58,788 nt of DNA, filler included, from Basidiobolus ranarum (GCA_040143965.1; 8 parts of 8 records of this genome joined end to end with filler, not necessarily neighbours in it), one strand, 5' to 3'; positions 26,001-38,406 are shown, counted from the first letter of the whole stretch. A program made the numbers and translations. Notes: generated by a model from the sequence alone, not told the origin.

Positions 26001-28503
26001 GAGTATAAATGTTGAGGACCTCTTGTATACCTGATAAATATGCAAAAACTCGGTCAAGTAGCTGTTTTGTAAAGCTACCGACTGTCTGCTCTCCCTCAAT
26101 AATTTCAAAAAATATTCCACCGAGGCTTGGAGGCAATGCTTACGCAGATTCTGACGGCCAAGAGCAAAATGAATGTGATTTTCAACTAGTGCCCAATTTT
26201 TAGTCTCAAACACTAACGATGCAGCTCGGTAGCAACGATAGGCGAGCTCATGCTATTTCAGATATGGATTAAACGATGCAGTAATAAGGGCAATGTACAT
26301 TTGCTGATTACCTACCTGCTCTGCTTTGGTATACCTAGATGCGGCTAAAACAAGATGTGATCCATATTTACGGACTTTAGGTCTATACCCTCTTAAGAAA
26401 CTATGGGCAGCTTGCTCCAAGAACAGAGCGCTTCTTAAATCCGAGTCCTACAATGAAAAAATTTAAAGTCACTTCTTTTTCAACTGATTTCTGTTAAAGA
26501 ATCATACATCGCCCGACATTCGAATTAGAATGGAGGGAATGTCTTTGTAGAGATTGCGAGATCTTAGCATTTCATAGTAGAATATGGCGGTACGTGCACC
26601 TAACTCTGGAGAGTCAACCTTCAGATAGTTGGAGATGGCTTGCTCGTAGTAGTGTTCAATATCATGCTTAGAACTTGACACATTCTCAATCATCAGTGAG
26701 CATAAGCCTATCATTTCCTATCAATTTCAAAGGATTGGTTTAGATAAGTCTATCAACAAGCCTACATCATAGAGAAATACAAACATAAGCGCCGGCAAAA
26801 TACTTCCACGCTTTGTCTGTGCTGTAGTCTTTCTTGACAGTATCATAGACAGATTGTGCGAATTTGTAATCCCTTAGCATGAAAGCAAAATCAGCGAGTC
26901 TACGCATCTGGGCCTCCGGAGCTGAGTGATTATACCTTTGAAAAATGGTGAATATCTCTTTGTCTGATAATGCTGTACAGACCACTTACATTACATCGGA
27001 TACTCCTGATCCTCGCATTTGAGGAGACTGAATGATTCCAGAGGGTTTGTTACCTGATCCAAAGTATTTTCTAGATGCACTGAATAAACGACCAGTAAAT
27101 CCTCGTCTGATACTTGCAACCTAGATATCAAACTAAATTCATGAGGAATAGCTACTTTCATATAACTCAATTATAGACAGACCTGCTCATTCCAATGGTG
27201 TATACTACGCTCCATATAGGGAATAATACTCTGCACAACCATTTCCTTGACAAAACTTTGTACGAGGTAGAAATCCTCAAAACTTAGGCAACTACCGCGG
27301 ATTGCTGTATCTCCTTCCTCTTCGGATTGATTTTCAGAAACTGGCGAGCCAGCCTCATGAGTGACCGTCGACTCAACGAGAGATGACTGACACTTGGAGG
27401 CAGCGACAAGAGAGTCATCAATCTCGTGTTTCCAAATATCAGGCACAAGTTGGTTTTCGGATGCTATAGAAGCCTCATCAGGGACAACAGAATTAAAGCG
27501 AAGAAGATGGCAATGAACACCAAATGTCTTTCTCATTTTGTCGAATAGCGCTTCAGAACTACGTATTACATAAAAAATTAATTTAAGATTGGGATACAAT
27601 CAAGTTCCATCAATAAATCATACTCCGCGATATTTCCACTATGATTATCATGCAACAGAACATAGTATCTTAGAATATTAGGATCCATGAAACCTTTCTC
27701 ATAAATGGGCGCTGAAGCAGTAAGATTATGGAGTTGTTGTAGTGCACCAAATGGATCAGGATTCTGAGAAGATATGGCAATAACACCTAACACGATGATG
27801 ACAAACTACATTAAATTCAAATACGTGGTTGAAAAATCTAACTGATACCTACATGCAACTGGGTGGTTAAAGGTGTCGTGCTCCGAAATACTAAATTGTT
27901 TAACATACAATCTACGATATTCCGCATACCAAGGCATATGCGTCTCTACTTGTGCTGTGAGGAAATGATAGCATGAGAAGTTAATAAATGTACGTTAAAT
28001 AATTCACATTCTCTCAGATTGAGTAGCAATAAACTTTCCCTACCAGATAGATACTCCTCATCAACATCCTGTTCACTTTTTATCGTCTTTGTTCCTTCAA
28101 CCGCTTTTGCTTTTTTTTCGACAACGTTTGAAAACACTTGAGGGGATAGAGAGTCGGATGAATTTGGAAGATTCCTTAAATCTTTAAATCTAATGCCGAA
28201 CTGTTCCATAGAATTTGGTAATCCCTGGGAATCCCGAGCTGTAACTGTTATAATTGATTAAATCTCACAAAAACTAGAGCACTAAGAAACGTTCTAAACA
28301 ATAGTCTCACCCTTCCCTTCGATGTTCTCTCCAAAAGGTTTTATGAAATCCAGAAAAGTTGATAGATTGTTTTTTTGGCATAGAGAATCTGCATCCGGAG
28401 TAGAAATAACTGCTACCACTGGATTTAGTGACTTTACAACAAACCGTTTTGGTGAATAAATTTCACCATTGGGTAAATTAGGTGGCATAGTTGTACGTGC
28501 CAT
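23067..28503 (-). CDS. TRS85: TRAPP III-specific subunit TRAPPC8/Trs85, multi-exon
   Basis: Exon ORFs carry TRAPPC8 motifs: PVVAVISTPDADSLCQKNNLST, RYYVLLHD, FVKEMVVQSIIPYMER, PEAQMRRLADFAFMLRDY, WALVENHIHFALGRQ. Many short GT-AG introns; stop TAA at 23067-23069. Confidence 0.9.
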
Positions 28504-28912
28504 AATAAAGCGGCTCGTTCACGGAATATTTCTGAAATTATATTTATAAGGAAAGGGATAAAGGTTGACAAAGAGTTAACAATCTTACGAGACTGCTTAA
28601 TTAGGGTGATTAAAATTAAGTAGAAATATGCGCTTAGCTTGTTTCTGATGGGACAAATCGTAGTTGATAGACTCAGTTCTTTTGGCATTACAACAGATAT
28701 TGATGCTAGGCAACAATAATTAAAATTTATATTATATACGATATTTTGTATACACTTGTAAGGCACAAACTTAGAGGTATAATGTATTTGAACAAAAACG
28801 ATGGGCACAACATAGTTGTAGCTTTAATTATTATAGATGCAATAAGACAGTGTTTCAAATCTGTGACTTTATTTAATGATAAATGTGAATGAAGGCAATC
28901 AACTATCTACTA

Positions 28913-29374
28913 TTACAAAGATAACAAAAGATATCCGGTAAACGCAGTGGCTATGAGCATAGTAGAACTGTAAGTGGCAGCACTTGCGGCATTACCTGTT
29001 GATCCCACAATGTTAGCACCACCAGGTGTGGGCTCAGCCAATGGAGCTTCTTGTGTTGTTTCTGGAGTTGGAAGTTCACTAGTAGCATGAGCACCGTCAT
29101 CTGAAGTAGCACTGGGCTCTATTGGACTGTCCGTAGGAGGTTCCGCAGCTGAGTCAGAAGGTAAAGCTTCAGTAGGAGATTCAGCGACTGGAGTGTCTGT
29201 GGGTTGCGTTACATCAGTTCCGGTTGGTTGGTCAGTAGCTTGACTAGGCGGCACCTCTCCTCCAGCTGTAGGGCTATCATTTGGAATCGGAACAACGCTG
29301 GCTGATGGATCCACACTAGAAACTGGGATTTCACTAGCTGATGGGTCTACAGTAGAAGTTGAATCGGGAGTAGA
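28913..29374 (-). CDS. Paralogue of the 22116-22715 mucin-like GPI-type protein (3' part)
   Basis: Shared blocks SVDPSASV.PIP, GGE.PPS.ATDQP..TDVTQPTD.P, ANIVGST, and a hydrophobic C-terminus; frame open to the contig end. Confidence 0.75.
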   Translation of the reverse strand, partial: STPDSTSTVDPSASEIPVSSVDPSASVVPIPNDSPTAGGEVPPSQATDQPTGTDVTQPTDTPVAESPTEALPSDSAAEPPTDSPIEPSATSDDGAHATSELPTPETTQEAPLAEPTPGGANIVGSTGNAASAATYSSTMLIATAFTGYLLLSL

Positions 29375-29474
29375 NNNNNNNNNNNNNNNNNNNNNNNNNN
29401 NNNNNNNNNNNNNNNNNNTTAATTAATTAANNNNNNNNNNNNNNNNNNNNNNNNNNNNNNNNNNNNNNNNNNNN
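29375..29474. other. Artificial contig linker
   Basis: N run with TTAATTAATTAA. Confidence 0.97.
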
Positions 29475-30438
29475 ACCCATGCTTAACAGGCATGTTTGTT
29501 ATGATCTAAATATGTTCAATAGTCCTATTTTATAGTAAAATATAAATAGGACATATTCAATTCAATAAAACTTAGGTGATTAATTCACAAATCTAAATCT
29601 TGCCCAAAACACTTCCAAATCCCCTAAACACTTTTATCAGATATACCTTTCTCTACAGTGAAGCAGCCATATCTTTAAATAGCAAGAAACAACCCACCAG
29701 AGCACTTTCAACAACTGAAGCAGAATACATGGCAGCTTTACATACAACAAAGGAGGCTATGCGGTTAAGAAAACTGTTCAGAGATTTGGGCATTTTTCAA
29801 AGTTCACCCACCATAATTTTCAAGGATAATCAAAGTTGTATTTCTTTAGCTAAAAATCCCAAATTTCATCCTAGAAGTAAGCACATTGACATTGAACATC
29901 ACATTGTTAGGTAGCTATTGAGAATAGGCATGTACAACTAGAGTACTGTCCATCTGAGCACATAATTGCTGACATCCTTACCAAACCATGATCCAAGCCA
30001 AAATTTGAAGAATTAAGATTCAAGTTAGGACCAAGATATATGAGTATTTAGTTCAGTGGGTGTGTTGAAGTTTATTGTCTTTATCATATTTGTTATCTCT
30101 ATCTTTATAAACCTAACTATCTCATATATCACATAGAACTTAGTTAATATTACTTAGTCAAATATCACTTAACTGTAAGCCAGAACAAATATTATATATA
30201 TATGAATAATATGAGAATGAGCAATTCCATATTGGAAATTTCAAACTTGTCCAAATTGCCCCAAAGATACCTCATTTTACTCCCACAGATGTTCTGAACA
30301 TAACCCCAGTGTTAGTTTTCTGTATTTCTACCAAAATGTATAAATGCTTCATTTCTGGATAGTCAATAGTTATCTCACAAAGCTATTCACAACTCCATGT
30401 TTCTAAAGTTTCTCCAAACAGTCCATATTTTCCCAATA
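29475..30438 (+). mobile_element. 3' half of an LTR-A (29475-29639) abutting RNase H and 3' LTR (30063-30438) of copia family B
   Basis: RNase H motifs SKKQPTRALSTTEAEY, DNQSCISLAKNPKFH, SKHIDIEHH; polypurine-like tract, then the TGTTGAAG LTR start. Confidence 0.85.
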
Positions 30439-31159
30439 TTTACAAAGTGTTGAAATTAGCTCCAAAGTTAAAGGCAATCAAAAGGTTGAAAAACATCACA
30501 AAGCACCCTCAGTAGTGTCACACTACAAGAACATATGAAAATAGTCAAAGTGCTTGAAGATTATTTTGAACAATGAAGGGAAAAATGTTGTACAAGTATG
30601 AAGGGAAAAACGCAGTGCAAGTATGCAGAAAGTGGCTTCAGGAGAAGAACATTCAGCTTGACATTCAGTCTGGTGTTGACCATGCAGATATCAGTGCAGA
30701 ACTTAATACAGGGTCGCACAATATTGAAGGGTATCTGACAGATAGCTGGAAGAAAGTTGATTCAGCATTGTTAATACAATGGTGGGCTTTGATGGTAATA
30801 TTGATACAAACTTGTGTTGGATGTGAGCTAAATGTTGGATATCAAGAACTCTATAAAAATTTTCAGGCAAATGTATCAAAGAACCTAGGAATTTTGAAGG
30901 TGACAAATTAGCATTCAAGTGGTTAATGTGTATCAGATGAGTCATGTTTTTTGCACATGCATTAATCCACAGTTCTCTGATATTGTAGCCAATTATGTGC
31001 AACTATTTTGCAAGATCTTAAAATTTCACTCCTGAAACTGAAATAATTGATTAAAATTAAATCTAACTTGCTGATTTTATGATGGAAAGTAAACAGTCCC
31101 AAATGGATTAAAATTGTGATGGTTTTCCTACAATAACAATCTTCAAATTTCTGTTAGGG
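30439..31159 (+). mobile_element. Family D element, right end
   Basis: ORF 30573-30911 is the best-preserved piece of the D protein; ends ...AAATTTCTGTTAGGG at 31159. Confidence 0.7.
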
Positions 31160-31775
31160 TGATATCAGTGAGCATGTTGAAATCTGACTGGGCTCTTGAT
31201 GGTAAAATCATGGAGTTTAGTGTTGTATTTGGACAGTTGTAATGCACATGCTTCATAGAGTAAACTCTATTGATTTGACAAAATCTAGAGCAAGATAGTG
31301 CATTGTGGCCACAATAACCTCCAAGTTTACTGATGCCTGGAGTGTCCCCAAAACATACAGTGATGTTAGCACTAAAAAATATTCACCCATCTGAACCGCA
31401 TTTGATAACCATTCTAATTCCACAATCAAAGGCTCCAAGAAGCTATCTATAAGTACTGGTGATTTAGGTCCACATAGGATGGATAATATCAAAATATTAT
31501 GACTCTTGTACCATTCATAATGGGGAATATTTAAGTTAATCAAAATTATTGGCCAGCAAGCCTTTCTAATGGTATATTTGGTTAGTGTGAAACCATCTGG
31601 AGCTAATGCAAATGCATGATCATATGTGTTCTCAAAGAAATCTTGACTTTTCAGATTCTGGTAGTGATATCCATCAAGTATATTGAAAATACCATCAGCT
31701 CTATGGTGAGTCCTTTGGTTTTGGATCAATGCTCTATATTTGGGTGATTTCATCCAAACTTTAAGATGGGGTATC
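31160..31775 (-). pseudogene. CACTA/EnSpm (CMC) transposase fragment, tnp2/Transposase_21-like
   Basis: ILDGYHY...FALAPDGF...CWPIILINLNIP...CGPKSPVLIDSFLEPLIVEL; after a frameshift GDTPGISKLGGYCGHNALSCSRFC. Confidence 0.8.
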
Positions 31776-34269
31776 TGTTGAAATTAGCTATGCCTAAACA
31801 CCTATATAGTCATATATAGCTTAATACTTAGTTATCTTATAAGTCACTACTTTACTATCCATTATTCCAAATTGGAATTAACTTGGAATATTTTACCAAC
31901 TTAGAAGTTCTCAGATAATTAGATTTTTCAAACTTGTGCTAGAAGCATCAAACTTTACACACATATTCCTGGGACCTTACTTAACACATTCTACATGCTT
32001 TTTGTTTACATCTTGACAAAACTATAAATATCAACTTTCTACTCAATTAATCAACAAGTGAATACTACCATTTCCTCTAATTCTCCAAACCACTTCCAAC
32101 ATGCTCCCAAATACTTTAACAGGTTATGAGCCCCAAGCTTACACTCTCTGTAATGTCTACTTCTCAAGTCTATGGAACCTTTCCCCTGCCAAAAAATTGT
32201 ATGGAATCAATTACCATGTTTGGAAAATTAAAATCAAAATGCTGCTGTAAGAAAAAGGACTTTAGGACATTGTTGTAGGAGAGAAGATCAATGCAAAACT
32301 AGCTGAAACCAAAGTTTTACTCCAGGTTAAAAAAGGACAAAGTGCCTTTAACACAATTTGATTTAATGTTAAAGATGAATTGCTAATTCGATGTTGAGGA
32401 GCTAAAACTGCCACAAAGGCATGGAAAGCCTTGAAGACACCTACCAAAGAAGTTCTGCTGCCAACAGGATGTTTCTAAGAAGACAATTCTTTAACTTAAA
32501 GATGAAGCCATGAGAAGACATTAAATCACTAATTAACAGGGCCACTATTTTAGTGGACAAAATGGAATTCAATGGAGTACCTACAACTGCTCAAGAGATC
32601 ATAATTACATTGCTGAATAGCCTTCCATGCAAGTACCAAAGCCTTGTAATGGCTCAAGAATCAAGAACTGAAAATTTGACCTTAAATTTTGTATTTGGCA
32701 GATTTCTGGATGAAGATTTATGCACATCAGAGTCAAACCAAAAGAATGAAAAAATGCTCTAACAGGCTATGAGAAATCTTCCTATAAGAACCAAAAGCAC
32801 TTTAAGAAGGAAATTAATGCATTCTGTGATTACTGTAAAAGACCTGGCCATTTAAGCAAAGATTGCTTTAAAAGAATTGCAAAAGAAGAAAAACTTACTT
32901 AATCTGTAAATGTGGTTACATCAGAAGATTACTTGCTTATATCTGATCTCTCTATGACTACCAACAAGAATTCTGATATGTGGTATATTGATTCACAAGC
33001 TTCCCAACATTTCATAAATCAAATCATTGGTTTGTGGGATAGGAAGAAATCCTAATCAGAAAGGTTTTCATGGGAGATGACTGCACATTGGTTGCTATTG
33101 AAATGGGAACAGTTCAAGTCAATTTGACTGGAGCTTCTGAAGAAAAAGTTTATACTTTTAATGATGTATTACATGTTTGCAATATTGCCAGGAATTTAAT
33201 ATCCATATGCAAGGCCTCCTCAGAAGGGCCAAAATTGAAACTTGATAAGTCAGGATGCACCAACACTGATCAAAACAGGAATGATTTGGCTTTGGGAGAG
33301 AAGAATTAAAACTTATACAAACTTAACTATAATCTAAGAGGTTTATCTGTAAGTATAAGTTATTCCAATCAAGAAACTATTCAATTGTGGCATCAGAGAT
33401 TTGGCCATATTGGATTTGATTAGTAGAGACAAATGATCAAAAATTGCCAAATTTCCGGAATTCAATTTAACCCCCCCAACGAAAATGAAAATTTGTGAGG
33501 GTTGTATATATGGAAAACAAGCTAGGCAACTATTCAAGAGCTCTGGTTTTATCAAATCTGTCAAAAAATTATATCTAATTCATTTAGATTTGTGTGGCCC
33601 TATGCAAAATTTATCTTTAGGTGGAAAAAGATATTTGATCACATTTATTGCTGATTATTCAAGATACATATGGGTGTACTTTATGGAAAGAAAAGAAGAA
33701 GCTCTCTCTATCTTTAGAGATTTTAAAACACTTGTGGAGACTGAAACTGGAACTAAAATCAAGAAAATATGTACCGATAATGGTGGAGAATATACTTCAA
33801 CACTATTTATGCACTTTTGCAAAGTTCATGAAATTAAGCAAGAAACTACTGCTGCTTATTCACCTCAACAAGATGGAGTTGCTGAAAGAGCTAACAAGAC
33901 CAGTTCAGAAATGGCAAGATCTATGATAGATGCACAAAATTTATCTGATAACTTTTGGGCAAAATCTGTTGCTACACTGTTTATCTAAAGAGTAGGAGTT
34001 TTACTAGAAGTCTGTGTAACTCTACACCATATCAAGCTTGGTTTGGAGTTAAACCTGATGAAAAACATTTGAGGATCATTGGATGCATTGCTTATGTCAA
34101 AATTATGACCTACGATTGGTCTAGATTTGATCCAAAAAACAAAAAATTCATATTTTGGGGTTGTTGTACTTATACTAAAGCCTACAGACTCTATCATATC
34201 TAAATTTCCAAGTTAATTGAGTCCAGAGTTGTTTTGTTTAATGAATATAGAAAACTCTCATGCAAGATA
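31776..34269 (+). mobile_element. Degenerate Ty1/copia family E, 5' half (LTR 31776-32121, PBS, gag, protease, integrase)
   Basis: TG...CA LTR followed by GGTTATGAGCCC; CDYCKRPGH knuckle; integrase ORF 33485-33988 (HLDLCGP, TDNGGEY, PQQDGVAER). Confidence 0.88.
32122..32135 (+). promoter_or_regulatory. Primer-binding site GGTTATGAGCCCCA, complementary to the anticodon arm of initiator tRNA-Met
   Basis: Lies immediately 3' of the LTR's CA; same type as the copia/Ty5 half-tRNA PBS. Confidence 0.8.
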
Positions 34270-35570
34270 TATTGGGAAAATATGGGCTGTTTGGAGAAAT
34301 TAAGAAAAGTGGAGTTGTGAATAGCATTGTGAGATAATTATTTGTGGTCCAGAAACAAAGCGTTTATACATTTTAGTAGAAATAGCAAATACCAACACTG
34401 GGGTTGTGTTCAGAACATCTGTGGGAGTAATATAAGCTATTTTTGAGGCAATTTGGACAAGCTTGAAAGTTCTAATATGTATTTACTAATTCTCACATTA
34501 TTCATATATATATAAAATACATGTTCCAATTTGCAGTTAAGAGATATTTGACTAAGCAATATCAATTAACTTATATGTGATATATGAAATAGTCAGGTCT
34601 ATAAAGATAAAGAGAACAAATATGATAAAGACAATAAACTTCAACACTCCCACTCAACTAAGTATTCATATATCTTAATACTAACTTAAATCTTACTTCT
34701 CCAAAATTTGGCTTGGGAAATGGTTTGGTAAGGATGTCAGTAATTATGTCCCTAGTAGTACTGTAATTGAACATGCCTATTCTCAATAGCTTCTCTAACA
34801 AAGTGATGTTGAATATCAATGCGCTTACTTCTAGCGTGAAATTTGGGATTTTTAGCTAAAGAAATATAACTTGGATTATCCATGAAAATTATGGGGAGTG
34901 AACTTTGAAAAATGCCCAAATCTTTGAACAGTTTCTGTAACCACATAGACTCCTCTGTTGTATGTGATGCTGCTGTCATGATTCTGATCTTGGCATACCC
35001 TGTTGCAAATAGAACTCATCTATTATTAGATTATGACATCATAACTACAATGCCATCCCTTCTTGGCAATCTTGTGTTAGTTCATCTAGGCTGCCTTATA
35101 AGGAAGTCATGTTCTTTGGAACATTTGATGAAACCTAACCATCAATGTCATCCCACACATGGTGTATTTCCACCAAGACCTTCCATGGGAGGTCACCTGA
35201 TCATGCTTACATCATCCTTACATCATCCCTCTTTGTATTGGTCCTTGTAGTCCTCAACACCCCAATACTTGAACTTATCACGGTATATTCCCTATTCAGT
35301 ACATTATGTTTCACCATGCAATATCTATATAAGCCCCATGTATTTGTTGATCAGACCTCAGTCTGATCAATGCTAGTTATCAATCAAGATTCTTGCCTAA
35401 GTATCTTCCCTGTCCAGTCTTGTCTTGTCTTGTGGTCTACACCCAAGTACTCCTCTGCCTTCTAGCCTCTTGTTGTTGTTTCCGGTCCTTGTGCAGTTGC
35501 TTATTGCGACAGCTGCCATGTATTCTGCTTGAGTAGTTGAAAGTACTATGGTGGGTTGTTTCTTGCTTCC
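34270..35570 (-). mobile_element. Copia family B 3' end (RNase H and 3' LTR 34270-34646), interrupted by a solo LTR-C
   Basis: KKQPTIVLSTTQAEYMAA|SHTTEESMWLQ...SKRIDIQHHFVRE; tract GAGTGGGAG before the LTR. Confidence 0.85.
34974..35511 (+). repeat. Solo LTR of chromoviral gypsy family C with perfect 5-bp TSD GCTGC
   Basis: TGTCATG...GCGACA, 538 bp; GCTGC at 34969-34973 and 35512-35516; TATATAA at 35326-35332. Confidence 0.9.
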
Positions 35571-36728
35571 TAACCCTAAGTTCCTTATTGTGACAGTTTG
35601 ATCAGACTACTTATACTTCCCTGTAGACTTCTCTCCATCCCTGTTCTCCAATCTGGAAACCCCCTAAGGTTGGCTTCCCTCTTATTCCCCATCTTTTGCA
35701 AGCTTCCCTGCTAAGGCAAAGGTACCTTCCACCTTTGGATAATTGCTCTAAGTGCATCTTTGTCAAGACACTACTGGTGGAGTTTACAGTTGTTTTTGAT
35801 TAAAGAAGCTTTAGTACGTGATCAAGATCAAAGGATGTTGAAACCAGCATATTCTTTTGTCAAGGTGCCAATCATTTCTACAACAGAAAGTTGGACATTG
35901 CATTGTGATTATCATTGCTAGAGAAACTTGTGGTTTTTAAAACTTCCCCCTCCCAACTAAGTAAGTATTATGTCTACACCAGCCGCTACAATGGAAGATA
36001 TCATGCAAGCTCTTACTCAGATTCAGCAGGAAAATCAAGAACTTTGTGCCTCTCTTGCCCAAGTACAGAATCCAGCACCACCCAACTATCCTGCAATCAA
36101 CTCCTGAACCCAAGATCTCCTTACCAAATACGTTTGAATGCACTCACCAAAACTATTGTGGTTTTATTAACCTAGTAAAGCTCATTATCCAGTTATATCC
36201 CCACTACTACCCCTCTGGCCAAACAAAAGTATGCTTAGTGGGAACACTTATATCATAAACAGCTCTGTCTTGGTTTGCTTCTTTGATGGAAAGTTAATCT
36301 CCACTTCTTTCAAACTTCCTCACCTTTCTTGCTGAACTGGAGACCACATTTGGAAATACAGATAAGGAAAGAACTTCAGCCACCAACCTCCACGCACTTA
36401 AACAAGGGTCAAAGCCTGCATCAACTTATGCTGCAGAATTCCACCTTCTTGCCTGTGATCACAAATGGGGAGAATCTGCCCTGATCCACCAATTTCAATA
36501 TGGACTCTAAGACAATATTAAGAATCTTTTGCTCACTATGGCTGACCCAGTGACCTTCACTGATGCTATCCATCAGGCAGTTAAATGTGACAACCAGTTG
36601 TTTGAAAGACAACAACAAAGAAATATGGCTCATTTCTTCTCTCCTTCCTCATTTTTTTCAGACATCCCTTCCATCAAACCCAAAATACAGCTCAAGCAGA
36701 TGACCCAATGCAAATTGACGGAACATGA
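35571..36728 (+). mobile_element. Gypsy family C 5' region: LTR end (to 35595), leader and decayed Gag (Tf1/sushi-like)
   Basis: LTR-C terminus TTATTGTGACA; Gag from ~35970 with PEPKISLP...ALSWF...LKQGSKPASTYAAEF...ESALIHQFQYGL (Retrotrans_gag pattern). Confidence 0.8.
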
Positions 36729-36828
36729 NNNNNNNNNNNNNNNNNNNNNNNNNNNNNNNNNNNNNNNNNNNNTTAATTAATTAANNNNNNNNNNNNNNNN
36801 NNNNNNNNNNNNNNNNNNNNNNNNNNNN
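36729..36828. other. Artificial contig linker
   Basis: N run with TTAATTAATTAA. Confidence 0.97.
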
Positions 36829-37121
36829 ATATCGGAAGCGTTTTGTTTATAAAACTCCCCTAGTTCAAAACACTCTTTTTTTAAACAGTCGAAAGTACGT
36901 TTTAAACTGGCTCCATCATCTTTAGAAAACCCTCCATTTTTACTTTTCTTTTTACCTAACTCACAAAGTTTGCTTCCATATTGTTCTTCAATAGAACTTC
37001 TCTCTTTTAAAAAGCCAAGTATCTCCTCACATTCTATGCTACCTTGATGAAGTTTTTCGTTTAAACGAGATATACCCGAACGATAATCCGAAGTCCAGAA
37101 ACTATTTTCGAAAGTCAACAT
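36829..37121 (-). CDS. F-BAR/FCH-domain protein N-terminus, Rgd2/Rga8-like RhoGAP (truncated by contig end)
   Basis: MLTFENSFWTSDYRSGISRLNEKLHQGSIECEEILGFLKERSSIEEQYGSKL...GFSKDDGASLKR matches the fungal Rgd2-type F-BAR start. Confidence 0.75.
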
Positions 37122-37725
37122 AGTGAAAAGAAAAAGGAGTGGAAGAGAAGGGGGTGTATATGGATTTTCCTATAAAAACCCAAAGAAAAAGGAAAAGGGA
37201 AATTGAAGGAGAATAGAGTATCAAAGTATGAACCGTGAAAGGTTTTAAAAGAGAATAATTAAGAAAAAGGAAGTGAAGTTAGATAAGTTTGGTATTTTCT
37301 TTAGATAACTAAACACCAAAGATATCGGAACCTAAACGCGTATCAACTTTATTATATTATACCTGGATTATATTGGAAATTATCCTATCAGAAGACTGGT
37401 ATATTCGAATTGCCTCGTCGTTTACGTCACAAACCAGTTTCTTCTATCACATAGACCCCTCCAATGGTTGGATTTTTATCAATGCTCATTTACAATTAAT
37501 TATCGAGATACATCCCTATTAAATATCACTATTCTTCGTGAAGTATCATGAAAGAGATTCTCTAGCGTATTTTGGATGACTTCAAAAACCATACTTAAAA
37601 TAAATAGTATATAAAAATTGTATCGAACATACACCATAATACCTAGTGAAAATCCATTTCCAAACACTACCCTTTCTTTTAAGTAGTGTGAGAGGAAAGA
37701 AACAAAAACTATCAACATAATACCT

Positions 37726-38406
37726 ATGTATACCAAATCCCACACAACCCCGACTACTTCCACTGGATATTCTGAAACTCAGTGTACAAAAGAGATTCCC
37801 ATTGTATGAGATCCTGGTTAGTCACATAAAATACTTGAATTATTCGACTAATTCTCTTACTAGATATTAGAAGATCCTAGAGTCCACTTTTTATTATATG
37901 CTATACGAAAACGTTCCCAGAAAACCTTAGTAAAAGGGATAACTTGTCGTAGTTGTGTTGATACCGTACAATCCGGTAGATTTGGATATTATGATCCACA
38001 AAATAAAAGGTATCTCCACTTGAAAATTGTTGGAAATGTAAGCCTATTCAATAAGGAAGAAGTAAGGAGTGAACTAAATCCTCTCATAAATAGGATCGTC
38101 ATATGTTGTGAAGCCATCCACTCCCAAAAAGACCTTGAAGAGACTGTCATCCATGAGTTAGTTCACGCCTATGATGCAGGTCGAAAGGGAAACTTCACTA
38201 CCCCTTGTCACAATGTAGCTTGTTCTGAAATAAGGGCAAGTGCACTTGGCCAATGTGCAAATGTATGGCCTTTGTTTAGAAAAAGAGAGTGTACGAGAAG
38301 GGAAGCGATAAACTCCACATTATCTCATTGTAAAAATGCTGAACAAGTTGTAAACGAAGTATTTGACAAATGCTTCAAAGATACTTCTCCCTTCCCCCCT
38401 TCCTAG
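37726..38406 (+). CDS. ATP23: Atp23-like peptidase M76 (mitochondrial intermembrane-space metalloprotease), 3 exons
   Basis: Inferred introns 37804-37863 and 38010-38093; motifs DPRVHFL, CRSC, GYYDP, HELVHAYD (HEXXH), ACSEIRASAL, VFDKCFKDTSPF. Confidence 0.8.
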
